Positions 10,274 through 24,589 of a stretch of 64,000 nt of DNA are shown here, piece by piece. Position numbers and translations under genes: made by a program. Origin of the DNA: the human T2T-CHM13v2.0 reference genome, Homo sapiens; the NCBI RefSeq assembly GCF_009914755.1, contig NC_060927.1; one strand, given 5' to 3'. The notes under the pieces are model-generated. The model was not told where the DNA came from. It was given only the letters and a program-made list of their open reading frames with translations, and did no database searches. Within the stretch, counting starts at the first letter, position 1; each line of letters opens with the position of its first letter.

Positions 10274-13200
10274 TTAGTTCGTGTACTAAGGCTTGACTAC
10301 ACATTCCCCCGCCTCCAAATAAAGCCAGGCAGGGAGGCAGATGTAAATAGTCAGCGGAAATGGGAAACAAATGACAACCGATTTGTAATACAACAAAAAT
10401 ATTTGTTTCACAAGTTTTTCTCACTACTGGAATCAGGTTTCTCCCTGGGTGTGAAAAGATGAAGAACTGAGAAAGAAGGAAAGATGAGCAGAGGGGAAAC
10501 CAAAAGGAAGTGGAGAATGTGGGAGGGGGTAAAGCAAATAGAATTACAATTCCGCCTGTGGAAGGAATTCCAAATCTCCCAGTCTATGGCAGAATCTGGT
10601 TTTTCCTCACACAGCCAGCTTTGCTTTGAGGTTGTTGCTCATTTGCTGTCACTTTGCTTCACTGTCCTAGGGGGAGCCTAGCCCAAACTAACCCCACACA
10701 TTTGTACTGGGGGCGGGGGGAGATGGGGGCACATTCTCCTGTTGTCACTTTCTTTTTCTCATCCCTAATCCCAAAGCCAAGGCTTACCCGGTCTTCTGGC
10801 CACCTAGATCCTTCCTGTCTCCTTAGCTTAGGACAAGGCTCCAGTTCCAGGTCAGACAGTCCAAGCCTATTCCAATCAGAGGTGGTTTTTTTGTTTAAAA
10901 AAAAAAGTTTAAAAAGAGGGGGGAGGTGGAGAGGGAGGATGCCATCTATTAGCATAGTGATACTTTTATCATCCAGTGATTGAGAACATATAGAATGACC
11001 AAAGCTACCATATATTCAAAATGGATATTTTTAAAATTACATTTTAGGAATCATAACAGCATCCACAGACTTTTGAAAAATGAAATAGGTGAGGCATTTT
11101 GTTCATGTAGCCTATAGACAATGCTTGGCATTTAAAAGGTTTCAAAGACAGGTCAGTACTCTACCTGTGTAGCACCTTCATCTCTATCTAGCCTACTTTC
11201 TCACAGTCTGGAAATGAGATCAGCCCTTGTGTTCCTATCCTGCCCCTCTTTGTGAGCTTATGAGTAACCCAAAAGGACACCAAAGGGAGAAGGACGTTAA
11301 CATTTACTGAACCTGCACTGAATGCCAGGCACTGTGCTGTGAAATAGTTACACTTACCTCCATTTTATAGGTGAGAACAGTGAGGCTGGAGATATTAAGC
11401 TAGTAAATGGTAGAACTGGGATTTTGTGACATCAGAGACCTCTTACAATGCAACCCGCTTAAATTATCTAATGTGTTACCTTCCTGAGTAAAATAGCCTT
11501 TGTCCTAAGGAAGAAGTTGGGCACCTTAGCAGAACTATTTTTCAATTCACACCACAGACATGGGTATCTAGCTTCTGGGCCTGCTCATTGCAGGCTTATT
11601 GGGCTGTTGATTCAGGCTATTTTTATGATATATACATGACATGCCATATAGTAATAATATATATGATAGTGATATAATAGAGAATAATACTATGACAAAT
11701 ATGATATATCATAAAAATAGGAGACACACTTTAATTCTACAGTCTGGAAAGGTAGAATTCAATGAGGGCAACTTACCTAAAATTATGGAAAAGCAAACCT
11801 CAAAAAATAAAGAAATTATTGATCCTGTGTCAGGTTGCTGTGCATTTGAATGCTGAAATTGCTCTGTAAGTATTTCAGAGGCAGGCAGGTGATTTTTAGT
11901 CTAAAAACCAACTGGTTAAGTTAAATCGGACTCTGTGGTTCTTTGAGAATACCAACACTGTTTAAATATTTCCTGTAATCCAGATGTTTAACTCCTTGCT
12001 CAAATCTCTTTGATCAAGGTGAATCCACCTAGGAACATTACAAAATGCAGCCTTTCTTATGACGTTTTTATTGAATATATTTTTTCATCATATCCTGAAG
12101 TCACCTCCTGGTGACTTGACTCTTAGTATAATAGCTCTCTTGTTTCAAGACAGATCATATGTACATTTAAATAACTTATACGAGTTTATAAAAATTGCTT
12201 AAATGATCCAACTCTCTTCTCTAGCATTAAGAGGTACCACTATTCTCCAGCTTTTGGAACCAATTTTGTGTTTAATGGTTAAAGAACTATTATAGCCTGT
12301 AAGGAACTCAGTGCTTTCTACAATTTTTATATTATTTTCACACTCACTTATCACCTCTCACTCCAAACCTCCACTCCTGGTCTCATTTCCATCCCCTCTA
12401 CTTTTTGCATCACTGCTCTTATCAGCTGCTATCCTCTTCACTACCACTTTGTTCCCATTACAGACACACTACTTTCTTTCTCATTCTCCAGGACATTTCT
12501 GTTTTGTATAATAAACTTTTACTGAATGTTTGGAGGCAACAAAGAAGAATCATAGTACAAATTTTAAAATAACTAAAAATTAAATATGCAACATCAGTGT
12601 TCTTGAATTTCCTTGGGCATCTTGATAATGCCTTCCTAGCTGGCTTTCTTGGCATCTGTTGAAATGGAATGGAGAGAATGAGTCTAAATAAAGCCATCAC
12701 CACTACTCTAAGACCAATTTTGTGTTCCTTATCAATCCTAGAACCCATGTGACCCAGACTCACATGGAATTACAATGAAAGAGACAGTTCAGGAGTAAAA
12801 GTCACTTCAATCTCTGATTGTATCTGTTGAAGGCTATGAAAGACATTTAGTCCATAGTCTACTGAACCTTTCTTCTCTCTTCTCCTCCTGACCTTCTGCC
12901 GTGATTCCAGATCCTCTTACTCTCTACTCTACTCTCAATTCACCCCCAAGGCTCTTTGCAATGCCTAGCCTAAGCTGATTTTTAATCTATTTCCTTTTCT
13001 TTTAACATTAATTTACAGCAATTTAGCCTCTCAGGCTTCCTGTATTTTCTGTTTCGCCTAATTGGAGGTTTCAACATATTAGAAAAGAACCTGGGAGCTG
13101 ACTGTTAAGCCAAAATCTTTCCCCAGTGAGAAAGGGAAGGGGAAGAGGAGAAGAAACAGAGGGAGGGAGGAGACATTTGAACACTGATCATTCCTGTCCC

Positions 13201-13329
13201 TATTATGCATTAATGGACTTCTCTGCTATAGTCCAGTAGACAAGCCGTCCTTAGGAGTTAGGAACATGGTAATGGCCTGTTAGGAAAGCAGTATCCAAAC
13301 TGTCTCTATCTAGTGGTGGAAGTTTATAG

Positions 13330-13512
13330 AGCAGGAGTTCCCAAAGTGTGGTCCCTGGACCAGCAGCATCAGCATTGCCTAGGAACTTAGAAATGCAAAC
13401 TGTCAGTTCCCTTTCCAGACCTACTGAATCAGACACTGGAGCTGGAGCCCAGCACTCTGTTTTAACAAACCCTCCGGATGATTTGGAAGCAGCTAAAGTT
13501 TGAGAAACACTA
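13330..13512. mobile_element. MER5A
   Basis: aaagtgtggtccctggaccagcagcatcagcat...gacctactgaatcaga...ttttaacaa...agtttgagaaacacta. Confidence 0.85.
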
Positions 13513-14114
13513 CCCTGGACTTCTCCAGGCTAAGAAGCCCATTGAGCTGGATTTGGGCTTGGGATCTGCCTTTTTCTTCCTCTGTGACCTCTGTCACATC
13601 ACTTAACCTCCCTGAGTCTGAGAGGAGATCTCACTGGAGGACTTTCTGCTGCAGAATCCCAGAGCTCCTCGTGTCAAAGGCTAGCCCCTGACAAGGTTCT
13701 CTTTTTTGATTTCTACCCTCAGCGACTCAACCTGCTTTTTCTCTCCCTGTGTCTTTGGGAAGCTGCCATCATTTGCTCTGTCCCCAAGTCTGGACACCAT
13801 TTTAATAATAATAATAATAACAACAGCAACAACAGTTCCCATCTCTCTTGGTGATAGTTACTGGATACCCCTAAGAGCATGGTTTATATTCCTGAAGTTA
13901 GGGCTCACTAATGCCACCTTCCCTAGACACCCCCCAAATGAATTACTCAGTTTGTCCACTAATAAATGTATATTAGATGAACAGCTTACAGAATTAATTT
14001 TAGTTCTTCCCTCCAAATGGTCAAAATGATTGTTTGCGTGTGTAGATACAGCTTGAACAGACAGCTTGAACTTCTCCAGACTTTGGCTTCAAAGGCTCAT
14101 TCCATTTCGTTGGG

Positions 14115-14675
14115 CTGGTATTAATCGTGCCTTTTTATTTTTATATTTCTGATGTGTTGACATTTTCAGGCCTTGCTGACCCTGGAGGGACTACCCCTCC
14201 CAAGGTTAGCTAATTACTAGAGAAAGCAGACAATTAGCTTGTGAATGCGCCTTTTACATACAAACCAACCAATCCAGAGCCCAAACCCACAAACACCTCC
14301 TTTATTGAACTCTCTCAGGATTCTTACACTCTGGGACCTGCCCTAATCACCCCAGGGCCAGCTACAAGACAGCTTGACACAGCTCCCGTACCCCAGAGCT
14401 CATTGAAAGTGCTCAAATTTGCCACGAACCTGCCTACTCAGCCTCGCCTGGTCCTTCCTGTGAAAACCACAATCGAGGCTCTTGCCTGTGTTTTCCTGCT
14501 TCCTCTGCCTCTTGAATGCTTCCCTATGTGGCCCTGTGCAACCTGCCACGCCTCCTGTTTCTAGGGATCTGTGAGCATGAAAACTTCTTCCTTCAGGACA
14601 GTTGTGTCCGTGTCTACGTTTCTGACTATACCTGGTTAACAACAAATCCTTTCTACCCTTAAAACAGGCACACAC
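14115..14675 (+). mobile_element. Old ERVL-type solo LTR (MER74-like)
   Basis: ggccttgctgaccctggagggactacccctccc...aaaccaaccaatccagagccc resembles recalled MER74/MER73 consensus; boundaries approximate. Confidence 0.55.
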
Positions 14676-15021
14676 ATTGAACTGGCAGTCCCAGGATCCA
14701 CATAGTCAGCTTGCTCTTGGCCAATAGTGGGTTCAAATTCACTACTGGTATGCAAGCGCACTCTGAAAATCATCACTGTGGAACTGGGTAAAGCACTTTC
14801 CCATACAGAAATTGTTAGGTAAGTGGCTTACCTGTAAATAGAACAGTGCCCCAGCAAGGCCCACAATGTTTCTATTTTAAATACATCTCTCTTTACTCGT
14901 GTCACTTCCTAACCTCTCCTTTTTTTTTTTCCAGCATGCTCTTATTAATTATGTGTTAGAATCCTGAGCAGCAAGTTCTTTCATTTTAAGTCATTAAAAA
15001 CTTGCTCTAGGAGTGCTGTGA

Positions 15022-15760
<739 letters not shown>

Positions 15761-17945
15761 TCTAGAGAGCAGAGAGGTACTCTGGTACTGACCCTTCTGT
15801 GTGCTGGAAGGACGAAAGGCAAGAAGCAGAAAGCTATCTCCATGCCCTGGAAATGTGCTCAGCAGAAAGTATTTGGTTACCTAAACCAATGCTTCCTGAA
15901 CGTTAATGTGCATATGAATGACCTGAAGCTTTTATTAAAATGTATATTTTAGACTCAGCGGGTCTGTGGTGGGCCTGAGTTTCTGCATTTCTAACAAGTG
16001 ACCAGGTTATGCTGATCCTGCTGATGCACAGACCACATGTTGAGTAGCAAGGACCTAACTACTCCATTTGTGAGGTCCTTGGCTAAGAGGAGGAACTGTA
16101 ATAACACAAGAGACTAATTAGCTGGGAGTAACAGTAAGCATTTCTGCTGAGTGTTATCATCAACCTCAACAGTGTAAGTTGTTAAAATATTATCTTAATT
16201 TGGAGTCTGTTTGTTTTCACGTTTTTCGGAAAACAAAATATTTTAAGTGGTATGTGTGTGTTATTGTTTTGTGCATGAGCATATGTTATATTTTCCCTTT
16301 CTTAGCCAAGTTTTTGCTTAAGTACAAAACTACTTCCTAGGGAGCATGACACGGGGGGATAAGCAATACTCCTCACCATGGCAGTGGTTCAGAGGCAGAG
16401 CACAGAGTTGAGAACCAGACAAGGCCATGAAAAGGCATGGAGGAATCTTTACCCATCAATGCTTCCCAGCCTGGGCCAAGCTGTCTTCCAAGATCTCATC
16501 TTGACCAGTCCTTCTCAGACTTGTTTCAGAGGCTGAGTGCTCAGAAATCACGATACTCCCTGCAAGACACAATGGGTAAAATGCTGGTATACGTATGTAA
16601 TGATGATACAACTTCACTGACAGAAAATATGGCTCTAATAAGTGAATGTAACAAAATAACACCTACCTCTAAGTCCTTTTGGAAATGAAGCTGAGTTTCA
16701 TTATTGGTAAAATGAAGGTAATAACCCCTATCTCACAGAGAGAGACCACTGATCCTTCAGTTCGAATCAAAGATATGCCAAAGATTTTTGCTTCTAGTGC
16801 TTGTGTAGCAATCACCGTAAGACAAATGGCACAGCAAGCAGGACTTCACTGTTACTGGCTGCCGTTTATTTAGCATCTATCATACACCAGATACTATGCT
16901 AAGGGCCTTACGAACCTCTCATTAAATGTGACAAGAACTCATTTAGGAAAACATTTTTCTCTATTCTAACAATGAGAAACGCTGAGATGGTGGTATCTTG
17001 CTAGCTCGCTAGAAATTTACCTTTTTTATCAAGAAATTAAGATGTAGCTTTTGACCAGACACATCCCCATAGCAGTATTTCTTAATCTTTTTTTGTGTGT
17101 GTGTCACAATCCCTCTGAAAATCCACCAAAGGCCATAAACCTTCCCAGAAAAATGCACATAAGCAAACACAGCACTTTGTATTCAACTTCAGTGGGCTCA
17201 TGGGCCCCAAGAAAGGACACGGTGCTGCTGAGTGGAAGACGAGGAGGGCTTTAATAGTCTTCAGGCTGAACTTGAGCTGTCCTTTCAAGCACTGATCTGA
17301 AATGTTTTCCTTAGCCATTTTCCTGACTATTATATTTTTCAAATATTTATATTGATAAAAGATAAAACAAACCCTAAAATGTCAAAAATACTCTTTGGCA
17401 ACAGGTAGCCTATAGAGTTTCCCCCCTTTTTTTTTAAACCATCAGTCATCAAAAAGACTTTCTATTCTGAATAGACAATACCAGTTCAGATTAGCAAACA
17501 ACCCAGAGAATACTTGTTTCTCTTTCTTAGTATCTGAATGAAACAAGATACTTAACACAAAACAACATTGTTGCTCCCTCCTGGTTTCTTAACATAAGAA
17601 GAGGCTTGAGCTGTTGACAAAAAAATACAGAGGTGAGAAATATAGTTGGTTTCTATAACCCCCAAATATGAAGATAAAAAATGTGGGAGGTAGGAGGAAG
17701 GAAGAAAGGGAGGGAGGAAAGAGAAATAAGAAAGAAGCAACCAGATATTTACATTTAGACTAATTTGAAATGGACTTTTATCATACATCTTGTAGATCCA
17801 CATGTGCTCTCTGGACCAACAAAGTGTGCTTGTTGGACCAGCAGCATCAATATCTCCTGGGAACTTACTAAAATGCAGATTCTCAGGTTCCACCCCAGGC
17901 CTTTTGTATCAGAAACTCTGGGGGCGAGACCTAGCAGTCTGGTTT

Positions 17946-18933
17946 CTTTTTTTCTTTTCCTAAATAAGTTTATTTCCTAAAGACTCAATGTTTTAGAGTA
18001 GTTTTAGGTTCATAGCAAAATTGAGAGGAAGGTACAGAGATTTCCTATATACCCATTGCCCCTACAAATGCATAGCCTCTCCCATTATCAACATCCCCCA
18101 CCAGAGTGGTACATTTGTTACAATGGATGAACCTACATGAACAGATCATTATCACCCAAAGTCCATACATTACATTAAGGGCTCACTCTTGCTATTGTAC
18201 ATTCTATTGGTTTGGACAAATGTCTAATGACATGTATCCACCATTGTAGTATTATATAGAATAGTTTCACTGCTCTGAAATTCCTCTGTGCTCTGCCTAC
18301 TTATCCCTCTCTCCCCTTTACCCTTAGCAACCACTGATCCTTTTACTGTCTCCATAGTTTGTCTTTTCTAGAATTTCCTATAGTCGTAACTATACAGACT
18401 GTAGCCGTTTCAGATTGGCTTCTTTCACTTAGTAATATGCACTTAAGTTTTCTCCAAGTCTTTTTATGGCTTAACATTAGGTTGGTGCAAAAGTAATTGT
18501 GGGTTTTGCCATTAACCATATAAATAATGTCAAACATCGCGATTACTTTTGCACCAACCTGATAGCTCATTTGAATGGAATGATATTCCACTGTCTGCAT
18601 CTACTGCAGTTTATTTGTCCATTCACCTGCTGAAGGGCATCTTGGTTACTTCCAAAGTTTAGCAATTATGAAAAAAACTGCTATAAACATTCATATGCAG
18701 GTTTCTGTCTAGACATAAGTTTTTAACTCCTTTAGGTAAATACCAGGGAGCATGATTGCTAGATTGTATGGTAAGAGTACACTTAGTTTTGTAAAAATTT
18801 GGCAAATTGTCTTCCAAAGTGGCTGTACCATTTTGCATTGCCATCAGCAATAAATGAGAGTTTTTATTGCTCCACATCCTCACCAGCATTTGGTGTTCTG
18901 GATTTTGGCCATTCTCATAGATGTGTTATGTTC
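17946..18933 (-). mobile_element. L1MC-like 3' fragment inserted in MER5A (MER5A halves ~17800-17945 and 18934-18990)
   Basis: Old L1 3' UTR motifs; flanked by agcagtctg(g/t)ttt duplication at 17933-17945 and 18934-18946. Confidence 0.75.
18477..18562. mobile_element. MADE1 (Hsmar1 MITE)
   Basis: TIRs ttaggttggtgcaaaagtaattg ... cgattacttttgcaccaacct. Confidence 0.92.
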
Positions 18934-20628
18934 AGCAGTCTGTTTTAACAAACCCTCAAGGTGATTCTGGTGCACTAAACATTGAAAACCATGACTGTGG
19001 ACAGATCTTCTCTCATAGAAGTAGCCCTCCCAGCTGGTCCTGATTCAATCTGCTGACCTTGTAATGAAACAGAATAAAGAGGAGGACAATGGGGAGGAAA
19101 GCAGTGTTTATTGAGCGACCACAACATGCCAGGCACTGTATCATTATAATTTCATTTTATTCTTCCATAGAAGCTAAGAAATTTTTACTCTTGTCCCCAT
19201 TTTAAAGATTTTTTGAAATGAGATTCCAAGCCATAGTAATGTTTAAGCTTACAGACCTACTAAGTAGTGAGTTCACATTAGGGAATTTGAAAAGTACAAA
19301 AGTTATAAAGAAGAATATAGGAATTACCCACAACCCCATTCAAAACAACATTATTATTTAGTGTAAGTCCTCACAGTATTTTTTTTTTCCTGTGTAAAAC
19401 TCCTTTGGATTTCAGGCTGCTCTGTGGTCTCTCATAGAATTTAGGCTCCAGAGTGGGTCCTTTGCTCTGAGATCTGAAGACCTAGGAACTAATGCCTCCA
19501 CCTTCAGCTTTGTTCTAATCTCTCCTAAAAGCAAGTATCTAGATCCTTTTATTCTCCCTACATCCCTACATTTGATAATATACAGAAGCAAGAGCTTAGT
19601 AAATCAAACAAGTGAGCTGAAGTAGGTGCTGAAAGTTGACCTAAAACAAACTGGGAGCTAAGACTCTACTCCAAGACAGAACAGAAATGGACTTGGAGCC
19701 AGATATAGAACAAGTTATTTATGCTCAGTTCTCTAGGAAAAGGATGGAGGCTTGTTCTGAGATGTGTGCATCTTGTGCTGGGGGCTGGAGGGAGCTGCTG
19801 TTCCTGGAACACTCTGCAAGTGTCTGTTCTGGGAGGGGCATCATGGTCGCTGCATCCCAAGCCAGGCATATTGTGCATCAGAGTCAACGAATGGAAGTCA
19901 TCAGAATTCTGGATGACACTCTGTGATGCTTGGATGGTTCTCTACTTAACCCCCTGTGGAGGCTGCTGTGTATCTGTTTCATGCCAGACTCGGAGAAAAT
20001 AGTAAAGATAAAAGACAGAAGGCTTATAGCTGTTTTCATAAAGTGTTTGTTTTCCTTGCTGTTAAGACCACTTGTCCAAGTGAATCATTTGGGGTTATAT
20101 TTTACTAAAGCACCTCAAAAAAAGCCAAAATATTTTTAGAATCTATAGCTGTGGGTGATCCAAACATAATGAGCTTCCTCCTTCTGAAAAAAAAAAAAAA
20201 AAAAAAAAAAACAGAAAGAAAAGAAAAAAGGAAAGCCTAGGTTTTTTTTCCTCCAACCCTGCCTCTGAGTTTGAAACCTACAAGCAATTGCTGCCCCTCC
20301 CTCCCAAACCCTTAGTTTTTACCCAACATAAAATGAAAATGAAGATAACATGGAAGGATTTCATGACAGAGATGTGTCATATTCAGGCTGTGGATAATTG
20401 AAATTTACGATTAACAATTTTGTCAGAAGAATGCCTTTTAGTCCCCGGGGTCCTTTATTGTGTATGCTAATAGGACAATTTAGGATAAAGACAGGGAGTG
20501 GGTTATAAAGAGAAAAGCTTCATTATGTAAGTTAAGGAGTAATACAACGCATTCACTAATGAGAAGTTTTAACATATTTTACTTATCTACATTTGAACAG
20601 ACAATACATTCATATAGTTCAAAACTCA

Positions 20629-20938
<310 letters not shown>

Positions 20939-21245
20939 TCAAACTGTATGAAAGGATAGGGAATGAAAAGAACCCTTTCACATCCTTGTTCTTCACCCCC
21001 AGCTTTCCTGAGGCCATGAGAGCTACCAGAGTGTTTGGTATGCTGTCAGATGTGTGCTATGGATAAACCAGCAACACACACATATTCTTATACTCTGTTT
21101 TTTAATGCAAATGGCAACATTCACTACACTTTGTTCTATGCCTTGTTTCTACACCTGAGGATGTCTCTTAAATGTTTTTGTTTCAATGTATAAAGAACTT
21201 CCACGTACATGAGCCCTACCTTAGAATCATCCCCCATAGTAGAGG

Positions 21246-21575
<330 letters not shown>

Positions 21576-22103
21576 TTATTGTTTTCTGCCTCTGCTTTCA
21601 TTGTAAGCCTTCTTTAGTATTCATCTTTTATTTCATCCGGCTTAAAGGAAGAAGACCAGATCTTTGTGCAGTAGGGACCCTAAGCTTTGAAGAACTCTAG
21701 TGATAGCAGGTCAGAAGAAAATTCCTGAGATTGGGAGCTTGCACCTTTCTGAAGAAACAGACATGCAACAGGATGTAAGGAGAAAGGAGTAGAGACGAGA
21801 CAGGAAATGGAATCAAGAAGAAAGACAAAGGCAGTGGGAAAGAACCAGGCATTTGCAATAATATAGATAATTTGGGTGACTGAACTAGTAAAAACCTGTT
21901 TTTCTGTGTGAGAAGTCTGTGTTAAATGTATAGAGGCAGCTAATATATTAGAGCAGTAGAGAGGAATTATGCTGATGTACAGACTGAAATGTACATGATT
22001 AGCTCTAGAGATTAATATAGTCTCTATAGATGTGACTGTACGTTGATGCAGTTCTAATGGCTGATTTGGAAAATAAAATCAAAATGATTAAAAATGTACC
22101 TGA

Positions 22104-22243
22104 GGCCAGATGCAGTGGCTTACACCTGCAATCCCAGCATTTTGGGAGGCTGAAGTGGGAGGATCGTTGAGGCCAGGAGTTCAAGACCAGCCTGGGCTAC
22201 ATAGTGAGACCTCATCTCTACCAAAAAAAAAAAAAAAAAAAAA
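22104..22243 (+). mobile_element. FLAM/AluJ left monomer
   Basis: Single Alu arm plus A tail. Confidence 0.8.
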
Positions 22244-22528
22244 ACCCACAAAAAACACCCACAGTATAAAATTGCCCATAAACTGCAATTATTTTAAGGA
22301 AACAATAATGAACAAAGTTGTCACATCATTTACAAAAGCAAAAATTTAGAAACATCTAAATATCCAATGTAGTGGGTTAATGTAGTAAATTATTGTGTAT
22401 CCATAAACTGAAATACTATCAGCTATAAAATATGTGTTTACAGGTATGGGAGAATGTTCTCCATACATTTCTAAATTAAAAGAATAATTATACAGCTAAA
22501 AGGCTACTCTGTATATCTATTTTATTGA

Positions 22529-22830
<302 letters not shown>

Positions 22831-23966
22831 CTATATATTTATTTTAGTATATTAATAATAGCAAATGTTTATTGAGATTCACCATTTACCAGAAGCTCTT
22901 TGTGGTGTTTTAAACTCATTAAAACTTACAATCCATAAATTAGGAGCTACAATAATTTCCAATTTGCCCACAAGAAAACTAAGGCACAGAGCAGTTGAGC
23001 AACTTGAGTAATAGTTGGCACGTGGAAGGGCTGCATCTTTGACCCTGCTTTTCTAGCTATAGAGCCAGGTCCACATGTGATAATGCCTACCTGTGTAGTG
23101 AAAAACCTAGGTAACAAAATAGAATTCGGTTTTTGAACAGTGACCAATGCGGGGGATAATGTATCTCTGCATGGGAAGAAGTTATCCTCAGTGGGGGACT
23201 GAGGAGGTGGGTGTGAGGGGATTTTGCCTGTGTTGCAATGGTTTATTTCTGATAAGCCTAATATGGATAACTAAAATCAAGGGTAAAAAACTAAATTTAA
23301 GGAGACCTGGAAAGGACCAAAATGAATCAACTTAGTATCTTAAAGATGATATAATCACAAAATATGCCATGAAAGCATTCAGATTTTTTAAAACAACAAA
23401 CAACATGCAAGTGTTAATAAATCTGAACTTGCAGTGATCTACTGTTTATTCATATGATAATTTCTTTAGTTTAAAATGATTGCTTAGGATTCATTTTATA
23501 AGTGTGCTCTCCTCAAGCACTTTAAACTAAAATATTAAAAATAAAAGAGTAAAACGAGGCTGTTACAGACAAAACAAAGTCCAAAAACATCCCAATATTC
23601 AGCTTACATATTGAATAACTGTGTGGGAAGACATTGGCCATCTTTTGTAACTTGTCCTTGGAAGTGCTTTCAAAACCACTTTCATTATTAAGTATTCCAC
23701 GTTGTTTTTAACAAGATTATTTCACCTACACTATTTACCATACTTGTCACCAAATGATTATGTTTCCAGAAGTTCAACCTCACTGAAAATGATGACAATT
23801 TGTCACCACAGAGGATATTTTAATAAATGGACTTCAGTTTTCAAGATTCAAAGCAATATTTCCATAATATATTTAGTTATGTCAATATTGTTGGAATATG
23901 TATATCTTTCTAACATGGCTCCTGACAAATTCTGACATTTTTGTTTAAAAACAAAGCTAGTTACAT

Positions 23967-24517
23967 TGTCAGAGGTATTTGAATCAGAGCAACTCCATCT
24001 TGAATAGGGGCTGAGCGAAATAAGGCTAACACCTGCTGGGCTGCATTCCCAGTAAGTTAAGGCATACTTAGTCACAGGATGAGATGGACAGTCAGCACAA
24101 GATACCGGTCATAAAGACCTTTCTGATGAAACAGAGTGCAGTAAAGAAGCTGGCCAAAACCCACCAAAACCAAGATGGTAATGAGAGTGACCTCCAGTTG
24201 TCCTCACTGCTACACTCCCACCAGCACCATGACAGTTTACAAATGCCATGGCAACATCAGGAAGTTACCCTATGTGGTCTAAAAAGGGGAGGCATGAATA
24301 CTACACCCCTTGTTTAGCGTATAATCAAGAAATAATCATAAAAATGGGCAACCAGCAGCCCCTAGAGCTGCTCTTCCTATAGAATAGCCAGTCTTTTATT
24401 CCTTTACTTTCCTAATAAACTTGCTTTTACTTTACTGTATGGACTCACTCCAAATTCTTTCCTGCATGAAATCCAAGAACCCTCTAGAGTCTGGATCAGG
24501 ACCCCTTTTTGGTAAGA
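23967..24517 (+). mobile_element. MER41A-type solo LTR
   Basis: TGTCAGAGG...agagcaactccatcttgaatagggg start, aataaacttgct poly(A) signal, ggtaaga end; 4-bp TSD ACAT at 23963-23966 and 24518-24521. Confidence 0.88.
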
Positions 24518-24535
24518 ACATTGCTTTATGTAACT

Positions 24536-24537
<2 letters not shown>

Positions 24538-24585
<48 letters not shown>
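24538..24585. repeat. (GT)n microsatellite
   Basis: Pure GT run of about 24 units. Confidence 0.97.

Positions 24586-24589
<4 letters not shown>

Noticed and set aside
19666-20212. Overlapping short ORFs followed by a long A run, as a possible processed pseudogene
   Set aside because: No recognisable protein, poly(A) signal or TSD; would need a BLAST search to revisit.
23967-24517. MER41 LTR as an interferon-inducible STAT1 enhancer
   Set aside because: It looks like MER41A; I do not see the tandem GAS (TTCCGGGAA-like) motifs characteristic of MER41B.
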